A DNA stretch of 63,995 bases, counting the filler, from Sanchytrium tribonematis (lineage: Eukaryota), in assembly GCA_018985235.1 (NCBI GenBank). It is 8 parts of 8 records of this genome, joined end to end, with 100 filler letters (N's around TTAATTAATTAA, not from the genome) between each part and the next. Parts side by side here need not be neighbours in the genome. Positions count along the whole stretch, not along the records: positions 1 to 8,105 come from JADGIG010000396.1; positions 8,206 to 16,304 come from JADGIG010000397.1; 6 more parts are not named here. One strand, given 5' to 3'. Positions 1 to 9,399 of the stretch are shown here, piece by piece. The notes beneath the pieces were generated by a model that searched no databases, was not told the DNA's origin, and saw only the letters and a list, made by a program, of their open reading frames with translations. The position numbers were made by a program, and so were the translations under genes. Within the stretch, counting starts at the first letter, position 1. Every line of letters starts with the position of its first letter.

Positions 1-79
1 GCAACTATGCTTCTACATCAAGCTCTCATTCATATATCTATGGGTAGACTTTCATAAAAGTCCATCTTAAAACATCCAA

Positions 80-316
80 ATGTCCCTTTTTAGAGGTCTT
101 TTATCATTTACGTACCATACTGTCGTATTATCTACATGCTTAGCCGGTATCGAAATTAAAACAGGATACAAAATCAAGAATAATCTAGTAGATAGTGGAC
201 TAATTGAATCTGGAATTAACCAATTTCGAAGCATTGGACACACTGTGATTAAAAAGTCGGGCGAGTTCATGAAGGAATATCCAGACTATTTTGAATTTTC
301 AATTAATAAAAAGTAA
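80..316 (+). CDS. Small DUF1748-like fungal protein, 78 aa
   Basis: Pattern 'VVLSTCLAGIEIKTGY...IG..V...YF' resembles the fungal DUF1748 family; AATAAA just before the stop. Confidence 0.5.
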   Translation: MSLFRGLLSFTYHTVVLSTCLAGIEIKTGYKIKNNLVDSGLIESGINQFRSIGHTVIKKSGEFMKEYPDYFEFSINKK

Positions 317-320
317 TTTA

Positions 321-1665
321 CTAGAATTTAAATTGATAATTTCCATTTTGCGTAACATATCTCACCCATTTAATACTTTGATAATTGGATTTCTCAATGA
401 CTTTCAAGAATCTAACCATTAATCCACTAGCAGTGATCATATGCACTTGAAATTCAAGTGTAATTGGCGGTCTAGACCATTGTTTTTGGACGGTATTGCT
501 GCTCAATTCAGCTTCACAACTCAACATCATTTCTGTCTGACCCTGCATTCTTGGGATTCTACATTAGATTTAATTACTTCCATACAATTGCATGCTCTGT
601 AGCCACGAATTTAGCACGGCTACCTGATAACGCATTGGTTAATCCACGAATATCCACGGTATTTGGAGGAACGGGGATTTTGACGACGATGTTTTGACCT
701 GCAAATTTTTCACTAAATAGAGATTTTAAACTGACTTTATATTCTAGTCTAGTAGGGGAACTTGAATATACAGTAGGAGTGACTTTAAATGGAATATTTA
801 TATTTTCAGTGGTTCTATATCTCATCAACTCAAATTCACCATCTGGAGGGACAAAACTAATGGTTCTTTCAGTCTGGAATTTGCCTAATCTGACACATTG
901 ATGAAATTGACAGTCATCTAAAGCGACTGATATTTTCTTTTTGGATTTAGTGCCATCTGTTGGAGAAGATGCCTGTTTATTTTCTGAAATCATCTTGTCA
1001 TTTAATCCGAATTTACATTCTGGTGTTCCTGTCAAATATGCTTTCATCATAATCTTTCCTTGTACCTCATTCTGCAAAACGTTTCCTTTGGCGCCCATCA
1101 AAACATTTACATTTTCAATAACATCAATAAACATCTCATTCTTTCTATATTTAATATCTGGTCGACGCCATGAAGTTGCACCAGTAGCTTGAATGGTAAT
1201 TTTACTAATTTGTTCTGGTTTTTCAAACTTCAAATCTCCAGTGATGTAACTTTTCAAAGTTTCTGGATCACAATTTTGAGGAAACCCAAAGTCAATACAC
1301 TCATCCAACAATTCATATATCAATGCAAAGTGTTGTTTAATAATATCTTCGTTGAATTTACTGAAATAATTGATAGAAATGCCCACAAATCGATATAAAA
1401 ATTCAAAAACCATGGCTACATTCACAGAATCCTTAGAAACAGCTACAATAAACATATCCTCGTGTTTAATATGATAAGTATACAATTGTAAAGGTCCTTG
1501 AGGTGTAGGAAGTGTAATTGGAGTAATTGGAGAATTAACGCGTGGGTTATTAATCACCAGCACCCTAAATCTCTCAGAAACGCCTCTTCTAGTTAATTCT
1601 TGTCTAAATACTTTTGATAATATCAATTCTCCTTTAAATCCATAAATAAAAACACCAGCAATCAT
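321..1665 (-). CDS. APM4: AP-2 adaptor complex mu subunit, 2 exons (intron 559-577)
   Basis: TIQATGATSWRRPDIKYRKNE, DDCQFHQCVRLGKF, SFVPPDGEFELMRY, KWVRY; splicing gives IVWK/IPRMQG; ATG of MIAGVF at 1665. Confidence 0.93.
559..577 (-). other. 19-nt spliceosomal intron GTAATTAAATCTAATGTAG
   Basis: GT-AG; removal joins the two AP-2 mu ORFs in frame. Confidence 0.92.
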
Positions 1666-1712
1666 TTTTAAATTGTTTTGAAATCCAAGCCACAAATCAT
1701 AGTATAAATTTA

Positions 1713-3249
1713 TTAAACCAGTCTACTAGAGCTTCGCACAACCCTCTTTTCTTCTTCTGTCATGTCTCTTTTGAAAGCATCTTTCAAAATAGTCTTTCTA
1801 ATTGTGAAATATATGGTAAATCCAATAAATATGGCTGCAAACATGACTAAAATGGGAGATCTGCTGTCATATCCATCACTATTTGTATTTTTAAGCATTG
1901 GGAATCCAACTACAAACACAGCACCCAAAAAGAATAAAATCAAACAAATGAGCCACGACGTGTAAGGAGAAATGATTTCTGGATGCCATAGTCTGATATA
2001 GATTAATGTACCAATGACCAATGCTGTTGCAATCCAATGTGGGAAAGAAGCAGCATCAATCATGAAACTGAGTCCATTTGCAGAAGGCATGATGATTGTA
2101 AACGCAATCGCAATCACAGAAATCACTAGAGATGAATTATATGGCATCAAGAATCTATTTCTACTGGCTAGAATGTTCTTGAAAGGGAATAAATTTTCTT
2201 TTGCGGAAGCTTCTAAAGATCTTGAAAATACGAATATATTGCAACAAACTGAGATAAACATGGATGATCCAACAAATATTGGAACAATATAAGTACCAGC
2301 AATAGATCCTAAAGTCAATTCAAAGAATTCTGCACCAATTGTTTCTGAATTTTTAATCAAAACTTGAAATGGAATAAATAAATAATAAACAAAGCTAATG
2401 AGGGTGTAAATGACAGCAGACATGGTGATTCCTAAATAAGTAGATTTAGGGAGTGTGATGAGTGGGTCTTTTAAATCAGCCACTAAGCTATTTAAAGAAT
2501 TCCAACTAAATAAGTAAAAATGACCCTAAATAGGCGTAAAACACTTTAATCATGCCATATGCGTGATTACTTGGTTCTGTGGATGTATTTTCGAATGTGA
2601 TGGGTTGAAAATGAACATCTTTTGAAGTAAAAAGACCACAAGCCGCTAAAATGCCAACCAACATCAAACAAAGCGTAAAAAGAAATTTGAAAAGATTTCC
2701 AACATTTTGAAGGACTTCAATGAATCTTCTGCTGAATAAATTGACGAATAAACCAACCACAATCATGATGGTCATTCCGATTTTTATTGTGTAATCTTCG
2801 TCAATCACTCTGTAACTGCTTAATCTCATAATATTGAGAATTGCAACACGTGCTGATGAACAAATCATACCTGGTGCAACGACAAAATTGTTTAATATGC
2901 AGTACATGAAAGGAACTAAGAAATTTGCATGTGGGAAACTAAAAGCGAGATAAACCAATTCTCCCCCATTTTTTGGAAGTAGCAGTCCCCATTCGATATA
3001 ACCAGCAGCACCGCAATAAGTTAGAATGAGACCCATTGCCCAAAGTAATAGAGCCATTCCAGTTGAACCTGCTTGCTCTGCGACCAATGAGGGTGCACTG
3101 AATAAACTGCTACCAACAATCATATTTACAAGCACTGCAGATGCGGACAATACTCCAAAACCGGTATTCATCTCTTTCTTTTGCTTTTTGAGGGCGGGAT
3201 AGAGATTTAATTGACTCTGTCTCATGGAATAGCGTTGTTCTCTTGTCAT
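1713..3249 (-). CDS. APC-superfamily (LAT/Mup1-like) amino acid permease, 2 exons (intron 2506-2524)
   Basis: NMIVGSSLFSAP, EWGLLLPKNGGELVYL, multiple TM segments; splicing gives YAYLG/WNSLNSLVADLKDP, matching the LAT GWN...ELKNP motif. Confidence 0.88.
2506..2524 (-). other. 19-nt intron GTCATTTTTACTTATTTAG
   Basis: GT-AG; restores the conserved GWN motif. Confidence 0.9.
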
Positions 3250-3402
3250 CAAAAATTTGGATTACCCACTTTTGAAGCGCGATCTATTTTATATTGGACG
3301 AATAGAAATTTCATGGGTTTAACGATTTAGAATTGAAAAGATCTTGAAAATTATTTCAAATTGTTTGAAAAATAATCTCATAAAATAAAGTTTATTCCAA
3401 CA

Positions 3403-4095
3403 CTAGTATATTTTTGGCGATAAATAGTCTTTTAGACCTTTTCCATATGAACTAGACCGATTCATGGTCTTTTGAAGTTTGTCGACTGTCTTGTCTTCCA
3501 TCAGCCTCGATTTGGAATTTGTTCGACTTCTTTGTATTGGTGTAGTGGATAAGGATTTGGATTGCTCTAACATTTTACGAGATTGATACTCGTCAAATGA
3601 AGGCAGAGTCTCAATTTCACCTTCTGGTAATATGCTAGTAATCTCAATCCTTCCAGTTGTTTGATCGCGGTTCATTTTTTTGAAAAATACAAAGTCTGGA
3701 TTGATTCTTGCTAAAAGTATGAGCCTCTCGCCTTGAAAATAAATATCTTCCCCTGATATGTCTTGCTTTATGGTAGCTGGTACCACAGAAAGTGGTTTTT
3801 GAGCCTTAGTGTAATTTTTAGGGACGTAACCTTGTTTTTGTGAAAGAGGGCTGTAAACATAATAAAAGAGATCCTTTTCTTCAATAACATGAAGCATCTC
3901 TCCCTCAACAAGCTCAATTTCCTGAGGGTTACCCGGTTTATACCGTTTAGATGCTACCAAGTGTAAAATATATTGCTGCTTTGGTTCTTGAGCGTCCAAG
4001 TCTTTTAGTGAGCGGGAACGCGACTTGTTAATTGAAAACGACCGTGAAAGAGTTGCGGGGAGGTTAGAGAAACTTTTTGACGCTCTAATGGACAT
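3403..4095 (-). CDS. Tandem SH3-SH3 protein, Bem1/Scd2 N-terminus-like (paralog 1)
   Basis: YKPGNPQEIELVEGE...YSPLSQKQGYVPKNY plus a second degenerate SH3; paralog of 4150-4743. Confidence 0.75.
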   Translation of the reverse strand: MSIRASKSFSNLPATLSRSFSINKSRSRSLKDLDAQEPKQQYILHLVASKRYKPGNPQEIELVEGEMLHVIEEKDLFYYVYSPLSQKQGYVPKNYTKAQKPLSVVPATIKQDISGEDIYFQGERLILLARINPDFVFFKKMNRDQTTGRIEITSILPEGEIETLPSFDEYQSRKMLEQSKSLSTTPIQRSRTNSKSRLMEDKTVDKLQKTMNRSSSYGKGLKDYLSPKIY

Positions 4096-4149
4096 TTGTA
4101 AAGATGGGTAATTATTAAAATAAAAGGAGAAGTCGCGTGTCGATATAAT

Positions 4150-4743
4150 TTATTTGGATGGTGAAAGCATTTGTTGGAATGCTTTAAATGAAGTTCTGTT
4201 TCTTTTTTGAGGAACATGTGCATCAGAAGCTTCCGAATTGACCATATCGACATTAGTTCGTCGATTATACTCGTCCATCAGTGGCAGAGACTTGATATCA
4301 CCATCTGCATGTAATAAATCAATTCTAATCCTTCCAATTATCAATTCTCTAGTCATTTTCTTGGCATAAACCCATTTTAAATCGATTTGAGCTAGTAAAA
4401 TGATGCGTTCTCCCTCTTCACATCCCAGTTCATCTGATTCTGCCTCATAATCAGCTTTAATAGTAGCTGGCAGCACTGGTAATGGTTTTTGGATTTGGAC
4501 GTAGTTTTTGGGAACAAATCCGCTCTTTTTCGATGCTGGTGAATAGCAGAAGTAGAATAAATCGCGTTCTTCGCTCACATGAAGTAATTCGTTTAATTCA
4601 AGCGATAGTTCTTGAGGATTTGTTGTTGAATATTTCTGAAGAGATGTCACAGAAAATAGAAATTCTGGAGTTTCGAGGGAAAATGAGTTTGTTGATTTGA
4701 CAGATGTCACGGAAACAGTACTACTAGAGCGTTGTCTTCCCAT
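4150..4743 (-). CDS. Tandem SH3-SH3 protein, Bem1-like (paralog 2)
   Basis: NPQELSLELNE...SPASKKSGFVPKNY; ADYEAESDELGCEEGERI. Confidence 0.78.
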   Translation of the reverse strand: MGRQRSSSTVSVTSVKSTNSFSLETPEFLFSVTSLQKYSTTNPQELSLELNELLHVSEERDLFYFCYSPASKKSGFVPKNYVQIQKPLPVLPATIKADYEAESDELGCEEGERIILLAQIDLKWVYAKKMTRELIIGRIRIDLLHADGDIKSLPLMDEYNRRTNVDMVNSEASDAHVPQKRNRTSFKAFQQMLSPSK

Positions 4744-4840
4744 TTATGATGTAGTGGGTAATTCAATTTCACGATATTTGGGATACTACACGCGCAAGAT
4801 CTTTTACTTTTACAAATTACGCCATTTTATTAAATTAAAA

Positions 4841-5314
4841 TTAAATAATTTCATAGTTGAGAGACATCAAATGCTCAACCCCTACTAAAATTACCATTAT
4901 AATGCATGGATCTATATCTTGCTCGACTTTCAATTGTCTAGTTTGTTTTAGTAGCCCACAAATCTCGTATATTGCAATTTTGATTCCATTTTCTTTCTTA
5001 TTTCCAGCATAAAAGCGTATGCCGCGACTGGATTTATGTGCGAATATCTTAAGTTTACCAAAATCAGCGATGTACTTTGATTTAAATAGAGAATTGATTT
5101 TGTATAAATCGCCAATAAATATATCGTGGTCGAATATTTGTAAATGTTTGCATTTTCCGATATTTCTCAATTTTGCTCCCATTATTCTGCTCTTTTTCTC
5201 TAATAACACCAATTTCGTGGTGTCCCATACAAATGATTTTCGGTTTCCTTTGAAAAATACTTTCTGGTGGACTAATCCAGAGTATTTGACCGTAAACGAA
5301 TTATTATCTTCCAT
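4841..5314 (-). CDS. Uncharacterised 157-aa basic protein, paralog of 6297-6770
   Basis: Start placed at MEDNN by alignment with the paralog; shared VKY.G, F.WD, SLF.SK.IA, RFY.G, RQL.V...DP motifs. Confidence 0.7.
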   Translation of the reverse strand: MEDNNSFTVKYSGLVHQKVFFKGNRKSFVWDTTKLVLLEKKSRIMGAKLRNIGKCKHLQIFDHDIFIGDLYKINSLFKSKYIADFGKLKIFAHKSSRGIRFYAGNKKENGIKIAIYEICGLLKQTRQLKVEQDIDPCIIMVILVGVEHLMSLNYEII

Positions 5315-5493
5315 TAGTTTTAGAGATTTTTGAAAATATCCAATCAGGGTAGACACGTTGGAAAGCATAGTTGTTTGGCACATTCCAACCGAAAGTCATG
5401 CGCTCTAAAAAACCACAATTTCCTTCTAGAGCCAAGTTATGCCAATAAATGCGAGTCATGGTTGTGAAATATTGATAAAAACACATTGATTTA

Positions 5494-6084
5494 TTAACTT
5501 TTTCCTGATTTTGATATTTTATTCAATGATGCCAACGAATTGCTTAATTTATTGCGCTGTTCTTTTGGCTCCTCATTTAATCTCTTCAAAGTCGGGCTAG
5601 GTTGCGCGCTGAATGTTTGGAAATCGCGTTCTAAATATTTTTCAAACGTCGGGAGAGCTTTCAAGTCCTCTCCTTCAATAAAAAGATTTTTAATTAAAAC
5701 GCGTCCATACACGCTTTTGGAAGAAGACTTCTTGCAATACACGTAGTCATCATCGTATTGACTAACAACTAATAATTTATCACCTTTAAAACAGCTCAAA
5801 ACCTCTTCATTAAAAGTACTGGGGTGATCTATTAAAACAATTGCTGCGTACACCGTAAATGGATTTAGTCTTTCTACAAGCATCTTGTATACCTTACCAG
5901 TCTCAGTGGTAGTTGGTGAAAAGCATAAAAGATGGTTTCTTTCTTGCTGTTCTTGTAAAACGTATAAAATTTGATTCTTATAAATGATTAATTCGTCAGT
6001 GTTAAGTGGAATATAGTCTTCAATAACAGTGACTGCGTATAAATACTCCACGGGTCTACTTAAACGAGCTACTACTTTAGACAT
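5494..6084 (-). CDS. Tandem SH3-SH3 protein, Bem1-like (paralog 3, divergent)
   Basis: EDYIPLNTDELIIYKNQ...CFSPTTTETGKV; LSCFKGDKLLV; shares the C-terminal LPTF..Y with paralogs 1 and 2. Confidence 0.7.
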   Translation of the reverse strand: MSKVVARLSRPVEYLYAVTVIEDYIPLNTDELIIYKNQILYVLQEQQERNHLLCFSPTTTETGKVYKMLVERLNPFTVYAAIVLIDHPSTFNEEVLSCFKGDKLLVVSQYDDDYVYCKKSSSKSVYGRVLIKNLFIEGEDLKALPTFEKYLERDFQTFSAQPSPTLKRLNEEPKEQRNKLSNSLASLNKISKSGKS

Positions 6085-6296
6085 TTCAAGCCACGCAACG
6101 TTGCTTTGAAAAACTTGTCTGTGATGAATTGCGTATGAGCATGGATGTCACTAAATACCTCTTTTTATTCTAGATAATCTCTATATTATATTGATTTGGC
6201 AATAACTCCTTCATTGTGTGCAACCATTGGACACTTGCCACAAAATAGAGGGCGCATGCCACGTGTAAATTCCACAGGGGCAGATCAAAAACACGA

Positions 6297-6770
6297 ATGT
6301 CCCGAAAAGATCAAATGATATTTCAAGTGAAATATAATGGCATTATAAAAAGAATCGTGTCTTTTCAGTCTTCCTTTACAGAATTTAGATGGGATAATCT
6401 GAATTTGACACTTAGCACAAAAAGAAATCCAATAATGAATTGCAAAATGGACGCTGGTAGTCACAATGTCAGTTTATTTAAAAAGAATGACTTTATTGGT
6501 GTTGTGAAAGAGTCCAAATCCTTATTTAATAGCAAATTTATTGCAGAATTGAAGAATTTTAAGATTTACATTTACAAGCAAAATGAAAAATTGCGATTTT
6601 ATTTGGGTAAAAAAGTGGACAATATCAATAAAATAGCAGAATATGCCGTGACAGGGTGGTTCCAACCTAAACGACAGTTAGTAGTGGCAGATGAATTAGA
6701 TCCAGCACTCATCATTTTGCTCTTCAACAGCGTAGAATATTTAATATCCAAAAAATACGAGGTTTTATAA
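6297..6770 (+). CDS. Uncharacterised 157-aa protein, paralog of 4841-5314
   Basis: Same length and shared motifs; TAATAAA at the stop. Confidence 0.7.
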   Translation: MSRKDQMIFQVKYNGIIKRIVSFQSSFTEFRWDNLNLTLSTKRNPIMNCKMDAGSHNVSLFKKNDFIGVVKESKSLFNSKFIAELKNFKIYIYKQNEKLRFYLGKKVDNINKIAEYAVTGWFQPKRQLVVADELDPALIILLFNSVEYLISKKYEVL

Positions 6771-6780
6771 TAAATCTAGT

Positions 6781-8105
6781 TTATTCATCTATATTGCTAT
6801 CTGTATTTAATTCCTTGAGCTGCTTTACATTTTTAAATGCAAATTGTTGAAATACTTCGTCGTCAATCACTTTCTCTTTCATTAATTCTTCTATATCCAT
6901 TGTGATTGGCCCAGTCATCTCATTTCTGGCTTCAAAATAATCAACATCCTCTTCTTGTTCTAATTGGGGTATAAATGGAGGTTGTAAATCTCTAATATTC
7001 GACCAATCTCCTTGAAATACTGCGTAAAACACGTCTGATTTCATTTCTTTGATTGTAAATCGATCCTTTGAAGAGACGCGTAATAATCCATTAATGAGAT
7101 TCGTGGCATCCTCTAGGCCTTCTAAATCTATTCTATGTGATAAAATATTATCAAATATTAAATCTGGTGAAGAAGCATGAAATGGAGGGATTCCTTTTAA
7201 AAACTCATAAATACAGCATCCCAATGCCCAATAATCTACAGATTTGTCATTTGAACTACCAGATATCAGTAGTTCAGGGGCTATATAATCTGGAGTGCCA
7301 GAAACCGCCCTTTTTGTTTTATTTTTGAAAATGCTCTTTTTTCTTTGTAATGCTTGTAAATTGATGGTAGAGCATCCGAAATCAGTCAATTTACAATGCC
7401 CTTTTGAGTCTATTAATATGTTATCAGGCTTTATGTCCCTGTGAACAATGCCTTGAGAATGACAGAATTCTAAAGCCAATCCAATTTCTGCAGAGTATTG
7501 GCGACACATGGCAGTGCTAAATGTCCCTAAATTACTTAATAATGATGATAAATCACCTCCATTGAGATATTCCATCACCAAATACTACATAAATAAAAAT
7601 TTACCAAGTAATTTTGAGACTGAAACGCATAAAAGAATTTCACGATATATTCACTTTGGAGAACACTGAGAATGTTTCTTTCTGCTAATACGTGACTGAC
7701 CATGTTTTTAGTGGATATATCTTGCTTCCTCATGATTTTAATGGCGAATAAATCATTTGTGGTTTGTTTTCGAGAAAGAAATACGGATCCAAAGGCGCCT
7801 TTTGAAATGGCTTTAATTAAATGGAATTCACCAATTTCAATATTATTTCTGAAATCCATGCTTTTACGACGTGGTAATTTTAATAAAACTTGATAAAATG
7901 AAGTTAAAAGTGATTTTTTGTGATGGTATTGCTTTTGAAGTTGTTTTAAATAAATTGGATCTAAAAAATGAGAATTCAATAATGGCTGCCATTTTTCTAA
8001 TAATTTTCTTTTATCTGCAAAGAGTATTTTCATTTTATCTGATATTCCTTGTAAAACATCCAATAATTCTTGATTTTCAAATTGTGCTTCACATTCTGTT
8101 AATTT
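6781..8105 (-). CDS. AGC Ser/Thr kinase, Rim15/Greatwall/MAST-like, 5'-partial, intron 7585-7604
   Basis: ISKGAFGSVFL, KNMVSHVLAERNIL, HRDIKPDN, DFG, GTPDYIAPE, AGC C-tail PPFIP; splicing gives QNYL/YLVMEY. Confidence 0.88.
7585..7604 (-). other. 20-nt intron GTAAATTTTTATTTATGTAG
   Basis: GT-AG; restores kinase motif YLYLVMEY. Confidence 0.92.
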
Positions 8106-8205
8106 NNNNNNNNNNNNNNNNNNNNNNNNNNNNNNNNNNNNNNNNNNNNTTAATTAATTAANNNNNNNNNNNNNNNNNNNNNNNNNNNNNNNNNNNNNNN
8201 NNNNN
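8106..8205. other. Artificial contig spacer (N-TTAATTAATTAA-N)
   Basis: 100-nt linker with stops in all six frames; repeated at 16305-16404, 24495-24594, 32685-32784, 40845-40944, 48986-49085 and 57102-57201. Confidence 0.99.
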
Positions 8206-8224
8206 CAAGGAGATTTGATTGTAT

Positions 8225-8857
8225 TTAATTTAGATAACCAATACCCGCTTTTAAATCAAGATAACTGATTGCAGTTGATAGAAATTCAAGGTAGTCTTCC
8301 ATGTAATACAACTTGAAAGCATTTAAATTGAACAAATCAATAAATTCTTGGGTATTCTTCTTTTCTTCGTTGATATCTAATTCTTGAAGGATTTCTTGAA
8401 CCAAGTCTACAGCACGATAGTAGTCTAGTATATTTTCTTGCTTAAGGTTGCCTTTCTTAGAAATATGTGGCAAAGGCATGTTGGGTCCATCTACTGTTTT
8501 GACTTCGATGCGGCCATTCAATCCGAATCGGATGATATCAACGATATCCTCAGGAATTTCTTTCAAGTTGCGCAGAGTATTAAGAATTAAACCTAAAATG
8601 TTTTGCTCGGTTTCTTCTTCTGGGGTCACTTCACTAGCTGTAATTTCCGATGCAGCTGATTCTATAGCATCACTGCGAGCATTCCCTACCGTATGTAACA
8701 TGGGCCGTGGGCGTTTGTCTCGATGTATTAACGTTGTTGCAGAGTGTGGTCCTATGACTGGATTAGTGGAAAAGACTTTGGTCAATGCATTATTTGAAGG
8801 GCTTAGCATTCGATTCAACGCTGCAGCAGCTACCGTGAGCAGTTGCAAATGTAACAT
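8225..8857 (-). CDS. Putative secreted protein of unknown function, 210 aa
   Basis: ATG preceded by CTCCCTTTGAC; hydrophobic N-terminus MLHLQLLTVAAAA. Confidence 0.6.
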   Translation of the reverse strand: MLHLQLLTVAAAALNRMLSPSNNALTKVFSTNPVIGPHSATTLIHRDKRPRPMLHTVGNARSDAIESAASEITASEVTPEEETEQNILGLILNTLRNLKEIPEDIVDIIRFGLNGRIEVKTVDGPNMPLPHISKKGNLKQENILDYYRAVDLVQEILQELDINEEKKNTQEFIDLFNLNAFKLYYMEDYLEFLSTAISYLDLKAGIGYLN

Positions 8858-8945
8858 GTCAAAGGGAGAACGAATTGCGCAAGTATGGGGTCATTTCCAA
8901 TTAACCCGTGTATCACAGAATCAGTGTCACCTCAGAGATCGACTA

Positions 8946-9167
8946 TTATTTATTCTTTTTAGTATTCTTTGCTTGATCATCATCTTCACGAAATGCCAAT
9001 AATACAAATGTGAATAATACAAAATTAGCCATCACAATACTCACAATTGCAGCATAAATACTGGCCATAAACAGTGATGCGATGAAGTAGGATGATATTG
9101 GGATAATGACCATCAAAATGGCAAATATAGTGATTAAATAAACGGCTTTTTTCTCTACTTGGACCAT
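8946..9167 (-). CDS. VMA21: V-ATPase assembly factor Vma21-like
   Basis: 73 aa, two TM helices, AIVSIVMANFVL..FV..AF.ED, C-terminal KKxx ER-retrieval signal. Confidence 0.8.
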   Translation of the reverse strand: MVQVEKKAVYLITIFAILMVIIPISSYFIASLFMASIYAAIVSIVMANFVLFTFVLLAFREDDDQAKNTKKNK

Positions 9168-9399
9168 AAAATTGCAAAAATCTCCACTGTTTCAACTTGA
9201 TATTTGCAATCACATTTGAAAATAGTCTACAAAATGGTGGGATATCACGATGTATGGCTCATTCTATGGACTTGTGCTTGAAATGTGAATTGCATCCATT
9301 TTGATTGGGTCAGATAGATGAAGCAAGTCCTTGCAAACACCTGAAGAGCCAATCAACTTTGTAAATGTTCAATTTAACAATTTCCTTCCATTTTACATC

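Noticed and set aside
5304..5486. 60-aa ORF and the extended GTG start of 4841-5383
   Set aside because: Paralog alignment places the start at ATG 5314; the upstream ORF has no support
8106..8205. TTAATTAATTAA palindrome repeated every ~8 kb inside N runs
   Set aside because: Artificial six-frame-stop linker between length-sorted contigs; no synteny can be inferred across it, and ORFs ending in X..LIN are artefacts
8448..9002. 184-aa plus-strand ORF
   Set aside because: Antisense to 8225-8857 and VMA21, non-ATG start, no motif
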